Notes under the pieces: generated by a model | Databases searched by the model: none | The model's input: only the letters and a program-made list of their open reading frames with translations | What the model was told of the DNA's origin: nothing | Program-made: the position numbers and the translations under genes | Shown here: piece by piece, positions 49,615 to 59,169 of the stretch | Layout: each line of letters begins with the position of its first letter | Numbering within the stretch: the first letter of the stretch is position 1 | Source: Chloroflexota bacterium | GTDB lineage: Bacteria > Chloroflexota > UBA11872 > VXOZ01 | Assembly: GCA_965220015.1 (NCBI GenBank) | Contig: OZ244798.1 | Location: forward strand, 1,377,790-1,441,789 | Length of the DNA: 64,000 bases | Direction: 5' to 3'

Positions 49615-52452
49615 ATGAATTCTGAGCTAAAACAGACCGGTTTACGGCGAGTGCCCATTGAGCAACTCCGCGACGACGTGCACTTTCTCGGGAGTGTGCT
49701 TGGCAGCGTGCTGAGCGAGCAGCACGGCGAGGCCCTATTGGAATTGGTTGAGGACATTCGTCTGAGCGCGATTTTCCAGCGCACGACCACCGCCACCGTG
49801 GCGCTGCAGCCCCTCGCTGACTCTGTGGCGGGGCTGCAGCACGATGAAATGTTTGCCGTCGCCCGCGCGTTCTCGCTGTACTTCTACTTGATAAACGCCG
49901 CTGAAGAGCAACATCGCCTGCGCCGCATCCGTGAGAATGAGCGCAAGGGCCATCCCAAGCCGCGCTACGAGTCCATCGCCGCCGCGACGGCACGTCTGCG
50001 GAGCGAAGGCGTCCCCCCTGAGGAACTCTCGCCAATTCTCGCGTTGCTTTCCATTCGACCGGTCTTCACGCGCCACCCCACGGAAGTTCGGCGGCGCACG
50101 TTGCTCGTATTCCTTGAAATGCTGCGGGCCTGCCTGGCCGAACGCGAAGGCGTGGGCCAGGACCTTTCGATTGAGCAACGTACGAGCGAGAAGATCCGCG
50201 AAATCGTGACGATATTGGCCCAGACCGACATTACGCCTTGGGAGCGGCCCACCGTTCTTGGTGAGGTCGACGACGGCCTCTACTACTTCGATCACGTCCT
50301 TCTCGACGTGATTCCTATGCTCTACCACGAACTTGAAGACGCACTGAGGGAGAACTACGCCGATCACAGGTTTTCGTTGCCTCGATTCTTGACTTTTGGC
50401 TCCTGGATGGGTGGCGACCGGGACGGCAATCCGTTTGTCACGCCCGCAGTCACGGAAGAGACCTTGCGCATGCATCGGTCGTTGATCCTCGATCGCTACA
50501 CGCGAGACCTGGACGAGCTCTGGCGTGTCCTTAGTCCTTCGGTCCATTACGCTTCGGTCTCACAGGAGCTAATGGACTCCATCGCTCGCGATCGCGCTTC
50601 GCTGCCCGGCGCGGGTGTTGGCGCGAAGACCGAAATCAACGAGCCATACCGGGCGAAGATTCTCATGATGCAGAAGCGCTTGGCGCGCACCAGAAGACGC
50701 TACGCCGGCGGAAGCGCGGCGGCTTCCGGCGCGTACCACGACCCCACCGACCTGCTCGCGGACCTCGTGCGCATACGCGAGAGCCTCATCCAAAACGGCG
50801 GCGAACGCATTGCCCGCGGCCAACTGCGCGACGTGATTCGACGGGTTCAGGTCTTTGGTTTTCATCTGGTGGACTTGGACGTGCGCGAACATAGCGCGGT
50901 CCACGCCGCTGCGCTCGATGAGTATCTCAACGCCGCCGGCGTCGTTACCAGGTACAGCGATCTTGACGAAGCAGACAGAGTCTCCGTGCTTTCCCGGTTG
51001 CTCGCTGATCCGGCGGCAATTGGCTTTCAGGAACTCTCTGTTTCTGCCGCTGCCCAACAAGCATTTCAAACGTTGACGAGTGTTGCCCGCATGCAGGCGG
51101 AGGTGGGCGTCGCGGCCTGCAATACGTACATCATAAGCTTCACGGAGACCGTGAGTGACGTCTTAGAAGTGGCTGTGCTGGCGAAAGAGGCCGGTTTGTG
51201 GCAGATAGATGCTGCAGGCCAAGTGAGTGAAAGTCGCCTCAAGATCGTACCGTTGCTCGAAGCCATTGCGGACTTGCGCGGCAGTCACGACCTCATTCAC
51301 GCGCTGCTTTCAATTCCCATCTTCCGCTCTCACGTTGCCTGCTGGGACGACCGCATCGAGGTCATGCTGGGGTACTCCGACAGCAACAAGGACGGTGGCT
51401 TTCTTACGGCTACCTGGGAACTCTACTGCGCGCAGAAGCGGGTCGTCGCGGCATGCCGCGCTCACGATGTAATCGTCCAGCTCTTTCATGGACGCGGAGG
51501 CGCACTGGGTCGGGGCGGTGGACCGACGAACCGGGCGATCATGGCGCAACCGCCGGACTCGTTGGCCGGCGGCATGAAACTGACGGAGCAAGGTGAGGTC
51601 ATATTCTCGCGGTACGGTCGTCAGGCCGTTGCCCACCGCAATCTCGAACAGGTCATTTACGCCATGCTCTTGGCGCGGCTCAGTCCGAGCGTGCTGGAGT
51701 CCCGCGCTTCTCTCGAGCCCGATTGGGAGAGCACCATGGCAACGCTCTCGGAAACGGCATTTCGCGCCTATCGGTCATTGATTTACGAGACGCCGGAACT
51801 GCGTGCGTATTACCAGCAAGCAACGCCGATCGAACACATCAGCCGCATGAACGTTGGCTCGCGGCCGGCGTCGCGCAAGGGCGGCGACCGCGTGGAAGAC
51901 CTGCGGGCAATTCCGTGGGTATTCGCTTGGACACAGAGTCGACATAACGTACCCGGGTGGTATGGAGTTGGCAGCGCGTTGCACGCATTCATCAACGCGC
52001 ATGAGCGCAATTTGGAGCGTTTGCAGGCGATGTACAATCGTTGGGTATTCTTCCGCTCTGTGATCGACAATGCCCAACTGAGCATTGGCACGAGCGATAT
52101 GTCGGTTGCGCGCCTCTATGCCGAATTGGTTGAAGATGCAGCCGTGCGCGATAAGGTCTATGCCGCCATCGCGGAGGAATATGAGCGTACGCGGGAAGCG
52201 CTACGTCAAATTACGGCCCAGGAGCAGCTACTGGATTCTTCGCCGGTGCTCCAGCGTTCGATCTTGCTCCGTAATCCTTACGTTGATCCCTTGCACTGCC
52301 TGCAGGTGCGCATGATGAGTGAATGGCGCACGAAGTTCGCTTTGGAGTCGGAGACACCTCTGGATGAACTTTCGACGGAAGCGCGCCGGTTGTTGGAGGG
52401 CATCTTCCAGACGATCAACGGCATTGCCGCAGGTGTGCAATCGACTGGATAG
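49615..52452 (+). CDS. ppc: Phosphoenolpyruvate carboxylase
   Basis: FHGRGGALGRGGGP motif, VMLGYSDSNKDGG, and the C-terminal ...INGIAAGVQSTG (ppc-type xNTG end). The start was set to the ATG at 49615; the track start 49591 is TTG. Confidence 0.92.
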   Translation: MNSELKQTGLRRVPIEQLRDDVHFLGSVLGSVLSEQHGEALLELVEDIRLSAIFQRTTTATVALQPLADSVAGLQHDEMFAVARAFSLYFYLINAAEEQHRLRRIRENERKGHPKPRYESIAAATARLRSEGVPPEELSPILALLSIRPVFTRHPTEVRRRTLLVFLEMLRACLAEREGVGQDLSIEQRTSEKIREIVTILAQTDITPWERPTVLGEVDDGLYYFDHVLLDVIPMLYHELEDALRENYADHRFSLPRFLTFGSWMGGDRDGNPFVTPAVTEETLRMHRSLILDRYTRDLDELWRVLSPSVHYASVSQELMDSIARDRASLPGAGVGAKTEINEPYRAKILMMQKRLARTRRRYAGGSAAASGAYHDPTDLLADLVRIRESLIQNGGERIARGQLRDVIRRVQVFGFHLVDLDVREHSAVHAAALDEYLNAAGVVTRYSDLDEADRVSVLSRLLADPAAIGFQELSVSAAAQQAFQTLTSVARMQAEVGVAACNTYIISFTETVSDVLEVAVLAKEAGLWQIDAAGQVSESRLKIVPLLEAIADLRGSHDLIHALLSIPIFRSHVACWDDRIEVMLGYSDSNKDGGFLTATWELYCAQKRVVAACRAHDVIVQLFHGRGGALGRGGGPTNRAIMAQPPDSLAGGMKLTEQGEVIFSRYGRQAVAHRNLEQVIYAMLLARLSPSVLESRASLEPDWESTMATLSETAFRAYRSLIYETPELRAYYQQATPIEHISRMNVGSRPASRKGGDRVEDLRAIPWVFAWTQSRHNVPGWYGVGSALHAFINAHERNLERLQAMYNRWVFFRSVIDNAQLSIGTSDMSVARLYAELVEDAAVRDKVYAAIAEEYERTREALRQITAQEQLLDSSPVLQRSILLRNPYVDPLHCLQVRMMSEWRTKFALESETPLDELSTEARRLLEGIFQTINGIAAGVQSTG

Positions 52453-52686
52453 GCGCCTTGTCCGATTCCCTACCGGCCAAGCCACAGGCAGTCATTTCAA
52501 GGTTTTGAGCGGCATACTCTTGCGGGAGGAGGCCGGTGGGAGCGACTCCCAAGTCCGGTTTTGTGTCCGGCTACCATAGGAAACACGTGGTAAGATGCCA
52601 GTACGTCAGCGCTCAACGCGTTTGAGCACATAGGGACGCAACTACGCTGCCGCCTCGTCCATCAGTTCAGAAAGAGGGAGTTCACC

Positions 52687-53583
52687 GTGGCGATGAAGAC
52701 GACCGTCCTACCGGAAACCTTGACGTCGAACGGAAATGCCTTTGACCTATCCAATGAGACGTTCGGAGAGTTGAGGGACGCCAATGGCTTGCTCGGAAAC
52801 ATGCCGGCGATTCACGAACGCTTCGCCGAGGATGGTTACCTGCTTTTCCGCAGCTATTTGGACAAGGAAAAGGTGATGGCGGCACGCCGCGAGCTAATTG
52901 AGAAGCTCGATTCAATCGGGCTTATAAACCGCTCTAAGCCGCTGGTGGACGCTATCTTTTCGGGTGATACCAGCGGCATCAGCGCGACGGACCGCAAGGA
53001 ATTTGCCAGAAGTCTCCGCTCCGGCCCAGCGTTAAAGGAGATTTGTTTCTCCGGTCGGATCATGTCGTTCTTCGAGGAATTCTTTGGAGACGAAATCATG
53101 CACCTCAATTACATCTGGGTGCGGAACAGACGGCGCGGGGCTGCCGCGCCCTGCCACTTTGACTGGGTGTATATGGGTCGCGGTACGCGGAATGTGATGA
53201 CGGCGTGGATACCGCAGGGAGCGGCGCCGCTTGTCGATGGCCCACTGGCGATCTTGCACGGTTCCCATAAGTGGCAGGAGCTCCAGCAGACCTACGGCAG
53301 CATAGATGTCGATAAGGACAAAGAAAAGAATCCCTACGGCGGCGGCTCGCTCACGAAGGACCCGAATCAGCCCCAGCAGCTTTATGGCGGGCGCTGGCTC
53401 ACGACGGAGTTCGAGCCGGGCGACGTGCTCATGTTCGGCATGTTCACATTGCACTGCTCGCTTGACAACGAAAGCCCGGAAAACCGCATTCGCCTTTCAA
53501 CCGATACCCGCTACCAACTCGCCAGCGAACCCGCGGACGAGCGCTGGATTGGCGACGATCCGTTCGGCCACGGCATGATGTAG
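52687..53583 (+). CDS. Phytanoyl-CoA dioxygenase (PhyH) family Fe(II)/2-oxoglutarate oxygenase, copy 1
   Basis: HFDWVYMGRG (HxD iron ligands) and the distal His in FTLHCS. GTG start preceded by GAGGGAG at a 6-nt spacing. ~85% identical to copy 2. Confidence 0.8.
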   Translation: MAMKTTVLPETLTSNGNAFDLSNETFGELRDANGLLGNMPAIHERFAEDGYLLFRSYLDKEKVMAARRELIEKLDSIGLINRSKPLVDAIFSGDTSGISATDRKEFARSLRSGPALKEICFSGRIMSFFEEFFGDEIMHLNYIWVRNRRRGAAAPCHFDWVYMGRGTRNVMTAWIPQGAAPLVDGPLAILHGSHKWQELQQTYGSIDVDKDKEKNPYGGGSLTKDPNQPQQLYGGRWLTTEFEPGDVLMFGMFTLHCSLDNESPENRIRLSTDTRYQLASEPADERWIGDDPFGHGMM

Positions 53584-53818
53584 GCCTTACGCCCTTAGGA
53601 CAGACCACGCGAGAAAACCTGGGCTCTCTAGGGGGCGTGGCCGGTTCGTTGTAGCGTGGATCTCTTGGTCATAGCGTGAGCGGTGGCACGGCTCTTTACA
53701 TGTGGGGTTTTGGGAAGTATGCGCCAGAATAGACGAATGTCCGACCGAAGCTGTTCCCGCCGGGCGTTTTACTAAATTCGCGTAGGGGAAGAAATATCTT
53801 TACTCCTTAGGTAGCGAA

Positions 53819-54289
53819 ATGACGACAGCGCGCTTGGAGCACTTCGTATTTGCCCTCTTTTTCCTACTTGTCTTTATCGCCCTGCTGTGGAGACGTGGTG
53901 GGACCAAGGGATTAGACCGCGCTGTTCTACTTGCTCTAATGTTTCCCGTGCTCTATCTCGGAAGCGCCTTGTCCGATTTGGATATTGCGCTACTCGGCAT
54001 CGGCGGACACCGCAATATATTCTTTCACAGCGCGCTGCCATACGCGATCTTTGCACTTATATGCAGGCACGTTCCTTTGCGAACAGATGTTCTAAGCGCT
54101 GCCAAACTTGCCTTTGCACTAGGGTTGTCGAGCCATCTAGTGCTAGACGTGATTCAGTACGGCAATGTTGTTGGTATACCAGGAGCTTTCTTAGATCGGC
54201 TATGGCTGGCCGGCAACGCGGGCGCTCTGCTCTTGGTCATGCGGCCAGGGCGCCTGCCCATGTCTAAGGCTGGAGCAGGAGGGAGCTAA
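53819..54289 (+). CDS. YdjM-family (DUF457) inner-membrane metal-dependent hydrolase-like protein
   Basis: SDLDIALLGIGGHRNIFFHSALP parallels E. coli YdjM PDIDH...GHRGFTHS. N-terminal His (LEHF) and SSHLVLD. Four TM helices. Confidence 0.6.
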   Translation: MTTARLEHFVFALFFLLVFIALLWRRGGTKGLDRAVLLALMFPVLYLGSALSDLDIALLGIGGHRNIFFHSALPYAIFALICRHVPLRTDVLSAAKLAFALGLSSHLVLDVIQYGNVVGIPGAFLDRLWLAGNAGALLLVMRPGRLPMSKAGAGGS

Positions 54290-54290
54290 C

Positions 54291-54551
54291 ATGACGATCA
54301 CAGACCTCGCCCGCATTTTGAGAAACGCACATGCTGACGGCGAAGGGGATATGACACAAGCCTTGAACATTCACATATTTGGCATTGAATATGCTGACAG
54401 CCTTAGTGGGGTTAGCCTCGCGGAGCTTGTGAAACTTGCAGGAATTCCGCCAAGTTACAACAGAGAATTAGCCAAGGGAAAGAGGCTAAGCGCGTACGTG
54501 CGCCTCACCGACGCTGCGATTCACATGATGAAAAAGGCCGACCGCCCGTAG
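54291..54551 (+). CDS. Small hypothetical protein with a possible C-terminal XRE-like helix-turn-helix
   Basis: 86 aa. VSLAELVKLAGIPPSYNRELAKGKR resembles an HTH_3 motif. It starts 2 nt after the YdjM-like stop. Confidence 0.4.
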   Translation: MTITDLARILRNAHADGEGDMTQALNIHIFGIEYADSLSGVSLAELVKLAGIPPSYNRELAKGKRLSAYVRLTDAAIHMMKKADRP

Positions 54552-54928
54552 CTAAGCGCCTGCCCGGATCACCCTTTGTAATGTGCTTGTCCAACGCGCG
54601 AGATGTACTCCTAAGTTCGTAACCCTACGGTGCTCTCCATCTATGTCTTGGCCGTTAGCTCGGAAGCCGTACTAGATTTCCCAATTCACGCTTTGGGTAT
54701 CTACGGTTCTCGGCCCCAAGATGCGGTCGTTTTGCGGAATCTTGCCCTTCAGTCCATCGAAATGCTCGACTGTAATAACTATGAGGCGGAACGTACCGCC
54801 AGATTGCGGTACATGAGTGTAAAATGTAGTATTGATTCGGCGGCAGCATGCGCTGATACGGCCAGGCGGCCAAGAATGGCTCTGTTATCTACTTAGAGGC
54901 AGTCACGTAATCAGGGAGGGTTGGCAAA

Positions 54929-55825
54929 GTGGCGATGAAGACAACGGTCCTACCGGATACTTTGACATCGAACGGCAATGCCTTCGACCTCTCCAACGAG
55001 ACGTTTGGGGAGTTGCGAGACTCCAAGAGCCTGCTGGGCAACACGGCGGCGCTGCACGAGCGGTTTGCCGAAGACGGCTATTTGCTCCTGCGCGGTTACT
55101 TGGACAAGGAAAAGGTGCTCGCGGCGCGCCGAGAGCTGATTGGCAAGCTCGATGAAATCGGCCTGATCGATCGCGCGCGTCCCTTTATGGATGCCGTCTT
55201 CTCAGGTGATACCAGCGGCATCAGCGCGAGCGACCGGCAGGAATTTGCCCGCCATCTCCGCTCAGGTCCGGCGCTAAAGGAGGTCTGCTTCTCCGGCAGG
55301 ATAATTTCCTTCTTCGAGGAGTTTCTCGGTGATGAAGTGCTGCATCTCGATTACATTTGGGTGCGCAACGTGCGGCGCGGCGCGGCCACCGGCTGCCACT
55401 TCGATTGGGTCTACATGGGACGCGGGACGCCAAAACTAATGACGGCGTGGATCCCGCAGGGTGAGGTGCCTCTCGGCGACGGTCCGCTGGCGATTCTGCA
55501 AGGTTCGCACAAGTGGCATGAGTTACAGAATACTTACGGCAAGATTGACGTGGACAGGGACAAGGATAAGAACCCCTACGGCGGCGGTTGGCTGACGAAG
55601 AATCCGAATCAGCCCCAGCAGCGCTACGGCGGGCGCTGGCTCACCACGGAGTTCGAGCCGGGCGACCTGCTCGTCTTCGGTATGTTCACGCTCCACTGCG
55701 CAATTGATAACGAAAGCGCGAAGAACTGCATCCGCCTCTCAACCGATACGCGCTACCAACTCGCCAGCGAACCCGCCGACGAGCGTTGGATCGGCGACGA
55801 CCCCTTCGGCCACGGCATGATGTGA
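54929..55825 (+). CDS. Phytanoyl-CoA dioxygenase (PhyH) family Fe(II)/2-oxoglutarate oxygenase, copy 2
   Basis: Collinear with copy 1 (MAMKTTVLPDTLTSNGNAFDLSNETFGELRD...HFDWVYMGRG...FTLHCA...GDDPFGHGMM). GTG start with GGGAGGG upstream. Confidence 0.8.
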   Translation: MAMKTTVLPDTLTSNGNAFDLSNETFGELRDSKSLLGNTAALHERFAEDGYLLLRGYLDKEKVLAARRELIGKLDEIGLIDRARPFMDAVFSGDTSGISASDRQEFARHLRSGPALKEVCFSGRIISFFEEFLGDEVLHLDYIWVRNVRRGAATGCHFDWVYMGRGTPKLMTAWIPQGEVPLGDGPLAILQGSHKWHELQNTYGKIDVDRDKDKNPYGGGWLTKNPNQPQQRYGGRWLTTEFEPGDLLVFGMFTLHCAIDNESAKNCIRLSTDTRYQLASEPADERWIGDDPFGHGMM

Positions 55826-55865
55826 GGCAGTATCCGCAATGAGGCGCGTTGTGGTTTTAAGCCTC

Positions 55866-56042
55866 TCATGGAATAAGTTCCAGCACGGCAAGCACGACAG
55901 CCGCAGCCATGACAAGCGCCCCCAAGCGCAGCGTCATGCGCAGTTCCACGGATTGCAACCGCGTATCTAAGCGCATTTCCAGCGCTTGCAGGTCTGCCTT
56001 GGTTGCGAGCGCTTCGTGCCCCTCGCCCACTGCGTTGATCAT
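55866..56042 (-). CDS. Small DUF1640-like protein (coiled coil + C-terminal TM helix), 58 aa, below the ORF-track cut-off
   Basis: Minus-strand translation MINAVGEGHEALATKADLQALEMRLDTRLQSVELRMTLRLGALVMAAAVVLAVLELIP* gives a heptad-like helix and then a hydrophobic tail, as in DUF1640 proteins. Confidence 0.35.
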   Translation of the reverse strand: MINAVGEGHEALATKADLQALEMRLDTRLQSVELRMTLRLGALVMAAAVVLAVLELIP

Positions 56043-56196
56043 CGCTTACGCTTGGGTTTCCGTGAAGCCCGCGCCGGTGAGTGTTTTTACCGCTTTGTAG
56101 GTGTCAAACATTGCCATAGATTCAAAACTTTCCGATCCCCGCTAGCAGACACGAATTTTCCCCGCCTACCAGCGACCGCTTGAGTTTCCACTGTCG

Positions 56197-56871
56197 TTAG
56201 GAACGTTGATTCCGGAATCGCTGTAATGACTCTTCAAATTCTTGTTTTAATTCCAGAGTTCGAGCGCGAATGAAGTCTCTTTCGGCTCCTGCTGCTAGCT
56301 GTTCTTTGGCTATGCTTAGATGCTTGTAGGAATCGGAGTCCTTTGGATTTAGTCTGATGACCATATCAAAGTCCGCTATGGCTTTAGGGTACTCTCTTAA
56401 CATTCCGTGTGCAATCCCACGGTTGAAGTAGGCGTTGGCATCTGTTGGATTGAACTCAATACTCTTGTCAAAGTCTGCAATAGCTCTAGCAAACTCCTCC
56501 AAATCCGCAAGGGCACTGCCGCGATTGAAGTAGGTATCAGCATGCTCCGGGTTGAGTGTAATGGCCTTACCGTAGTCTGTTATAGCCTTTCCGTGCTCCC
56601 CTAGTCTTTCGTAGGCAACCCCACGGAAGTAGTAGGAATCAGCATTGCGTGGGTTCAGTCCAATGGCTTGGCCAAAGTCCGCTATAGCTTTGTCGTACTT
56701 CCCTAGTCTTCCGTAGGCAAGCCCGCGGAATTAGTGGGCAATACTATTCGCGGCATCAAGCGCTATTGCTGCACTGCATTCCGCTATCGCTTTATGCATC
56801 CGGCCTTGACGGAAGAATGCCTTGCCAGCTTTGCAACGCTCCTCGGCCCCAGATAGGAGTCTTTGCCGCAT
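56197..56871 (-). pseudogene. TPR-repeat protein gene interrupted by an in-frame TAA (Tyr codon TAC->TAA) at 56731-56733
   Basis: Continuous minus-strand frame: MRQRLLSGAEERCKAGKAFFRQGRMHKAIAECSAAIALDAANSIAH*FRGLAYGRLGKYDKAIADFGQAIGLNPRNADSYYFRGVAYERLGEHGKAITDYGKAITLNPEHADTYFNRGSALADLEEFARAIADFDKSIEFNP.... The stop sits exactly where the sibling repeats have the conserved Tyr (compare ADSYYFRGVAY). Confidence 0.6.
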
Positions 56872-56914
56872 AGGGTCTCGGCTGTCTCCAGGTGCTGCTC
56901 CATGTCGAGTAGTG

Positions 56915-56990
56915 TGGTACCCCGTGAGCGACTCGAACGCTCGACCCCTGGCTCCGCAAGCCAGTGCTCTATCCACTGAGCTAACGGGGC
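56915..56990 (-). tRNA. tRNA-Arg (anticodon read as GCG)
   Basis: Minus-strand sequence GCCCCGTTAGCTCAGTGGATAGAGCACTGGCTTGCGGAGCCAGGGGTCGAGCGTTCGAGTCGCTCACGGGGTACCA folds as a cloverleaf. Acceptor 7 bp with G1-U72. D arm GCTC/GAGC. Anticodon stem CTGGC/GCCAG with loop TTGCGGA. T arm GAGCG/CGCTC with TTCGAGT. Encoded CCA. Confidence 0.8.
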
Positions 56991-57192
56991 ATACCTATTT
57001 CCTGCTACTAGTATAGCATTTCGGGCGGCGTCGCCGAAGAATGACAGAAGGGCTGTGGACATTTACGTCCGCAGCCCTTCTGTCATGTTCAGCCGCGTGT
57101 CTACTGCAAGCCGGTTACTAGTGTTGCACTCTCGGCCCGGCATGTTGGAGGCAGCGCCGGTTCCGGGGAATGCCCACAATTTGCGGCATTGG

Positions 57193-58101
57193 CTACTCTG
57201 ACACCGGAGCGGGTATCGGTGGCACATTCCCGACGCCGCGTTGCGGCGAGGGATCGATCAGGTACTTGAAGAACTCGCTTTCCGGTGAGATTACCAAAAT
57301 GTCGCCTTGCTTCAAGACCTTGACATACGCTTCAAGACGGCGACGGAATGCGAAGAATTCAGGGTCCTGGTTGAGCGCGTTGGCGTAGATGGCGATGGCT
57401 TCGGCGTCGCCATCACCCCGAATTTGCGCCGCTTCTTCCTCGGCTGTCGCGACAATCACGATGCGCTCGCGGTCGGCTGAGGCCATGATTTCAGCGCCTT
57501 GCTCCTCGCCCTCGGCGCGGTAGCGGTTTGCCTCACGCGCACGCTCGGCCTTCATGCGCTCAAACACGCTGTCCTCGACTTCCTCGGGGAGGTCGGCGCG
57601 CTTGAAGCGCACGTCAACCACCTGGATACCGAAGTCTAAGGCGCGCACGCGGCTGGCAATCGTGACAGCCTCCATGATGTTCTCGCGCTCGCCGGCAATC
57701 ATCACGTCGAAATTGAACGTTGCCAGCGTGCGGCGCAATTCAGAGAACACGACGTCGTCCAAACGCGCCCGTGCTCCGTTCTCATTCTGCACACTCACAA
57801 AGAACTTGAGCGGGTCGATGATGCGCCAGCGCGTAACGTGGTCTACCCGGACGCGTTTCTTGTCAAGAGTAAGATACTCCTGCGGGGCGGCGTCACTAGA
57901 AAGCAGGCGGCGATCGAAATAGACCGCATCCTGAATGAAAGGCAGCTTGAAGTAGAGACCGGGATCTCTCGCGGTGTACTGATACTCACCAAGCTGCAAA
58001 ACGATAGCCTGATTAGTCTCGGTAATGACAAAGGTTACTTGTGAGAACACGAACAGGGCCAGTGCTCCAAGGGCAACAATTACGGTTAGGGTACGTCCCA
58101 T
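57193..58101 (-). CDS. hflC: Protease modulator HflC (SPFH/band-7)
   Basis: N-terminal TM helix and SPFH domain. AAAGGAGGTG RBS 4 nt before the ATG. Downstream of hflK on the same strand. Confidence 0.88.
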   Translation of the reverse strand: MGRTLTVIVALGALALFVFSQVTFVITETNQAIVLQLGEYQYTARDPGLYFKLPFIQDAVYFDRRLLSSDAAPQEYLTLDKKRVRVDHVTRWRIIDPLKFFVSVQNENGARARLDDVVFSELRRTLATFNFDVMIAGERENIMEAVTIASRVRALDFGIQVVDVRFKRADLPEEVEDSVFERMKAERAREANRYRAEGEEQGAEIMASADRERIVIVATAEEEAAQIRGDGDAEAIAIYANALNQDPEFFAFRRRLEAYVKVLKQGDILVISPESEFFKYLIDPSPQRGVGNVPPIPAPVSE

Positions 58102-58113
58102 GCGACACCTCCT

Positions 58114-59169
58114 TTATTGACTACTACCTGATGATTGGTTTCCGGTCGATCCAGTTTCTAAGCTCCGCAGTGGGAGGAAGGGCAGCACGCTGCTGCCAGA
58201 TTGCGAAATCAACACTTTCTCCACGTCTGCCATGGCCTGCTCGACTGCTTCGATGTACATACGCTCACGAGTCACTTCGGGAGCAAGGCGGTACTCTGCG
58301 AGAATCGAGAGGAAGCGCTCGCTCTCGCCACGTGCGCTGCGCACGCGTTCTTCTCTATACGCTTGCGCTTCTTGCAGAATGCGTTGCGCTGCACCGCGTG
58401 CTCTTGGCACGACATCTTCGCGATATGCCTCGGCCTCGTTCACCTTGCGCTCGCGGTCTTCACGGGCGCGCACCACTTCGTGGAACGCATCTCGCACCTG
58501 ATCGGGCGCGTCGGCAACTTGCAAGCGCACGTCAGTGATCGTGATGCCCGCATTGTATTCATTCATGAGTTCTTGCAGGTAGGTGCGGGTGTTTTCCTGG
58601 ACCTCGGCGCGCCGTTCGGTAATCACACCGTCAATCGGCAACTTGCCAACCGCGCTCCGGAGCGCGACCTCCGTGGTCGTATGCAGCACGGCTTCCGGGT
58701 TGTTCACGTTGAAGACGAACGCGGCGGCATCCGTTACGCGATACTGCACGAGTAAACCTACTTCAACGATGTTCTCATCGGCCGTGAGCATCAGCGCCTC
58801 TTCAAGAATGCGCCGGGTTTCCTGCCCACCTTGTACGCTCACCGTTCGCTGTCCGATTTCGGCGCGGCGCACGTTGGCAATGTCGACAATTATGACATTC
58901 TGGATCGGCCATGGCAGGTGGTAGTTCACGCCGGGAGACGTAGTATTCACGTGCCGTCCGAATTGAAGGACAACGCCCTGTTCAGCAGGCGCCACAATAT
59001 AAATTCCCGATCCCACCCAGAGAATAACCGCGATCAAAGCGCCGAGAACGATGAAGCGCTGTAACCGTCGGGCCCGATCCCGGGTCTGGCGGAGCATTTC
59101 GCTAAAGTTTTCGTTGTCCTCGTCATCCGGCGGACCTCCTTGAGGCCCACCACGATCGTAGACGGACAT
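58114..59169 (-). CDS. hflK: Protease modulator HflK (SPFH/band-7)
   Basis: N-terminal cytoplasmic region, TM helix, and SPFH domain with the HflK-type C-terminal extension. AAGGAGG RBS 7 nt before the ATG. Confidence 0.88.
   Translation of the reverse strand: MSVYDRGGPQGGPPDDEDNENFSEMLRQTRDRARRLQRFIVLGALIAVILWVGSGIYIVAPAEQGVVLQFGRHVNTTSPGVNYHLPWPIQNVIIVDIANVRRAEIGQRTVSVQGGQETRRILEEALMLTADENIVEVGLLVQYRVTDAAAFVFNVNNPEAVLHTTTEVALRSAVGKLPIDGVITERRAEVQENTRTYLQELMNEYNAGITITDVRLQVADAPDQVRDAFHEVVRAREDRERKVNEAEAYREDVVPRARGAAQRILQEAQAYREERVRSARGESERFLSILAEYRLAPEVTRERMYIEAVEQAMADVEKVLISQSGSSVLPFLPLRSLETGSTGNQSSGSSQ

Noticed and set aside
56731-57062. Track ORFs 56731..56976 (-), 56784..57062 (-) and 56822..57016 (+) as separate genes
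   Set aside because: They overlap the tRNA-Arg gene (56915-56990). Only the 3' part of 56731..56976 is real, as the N-terminal piece of the interrupted TPR gene.
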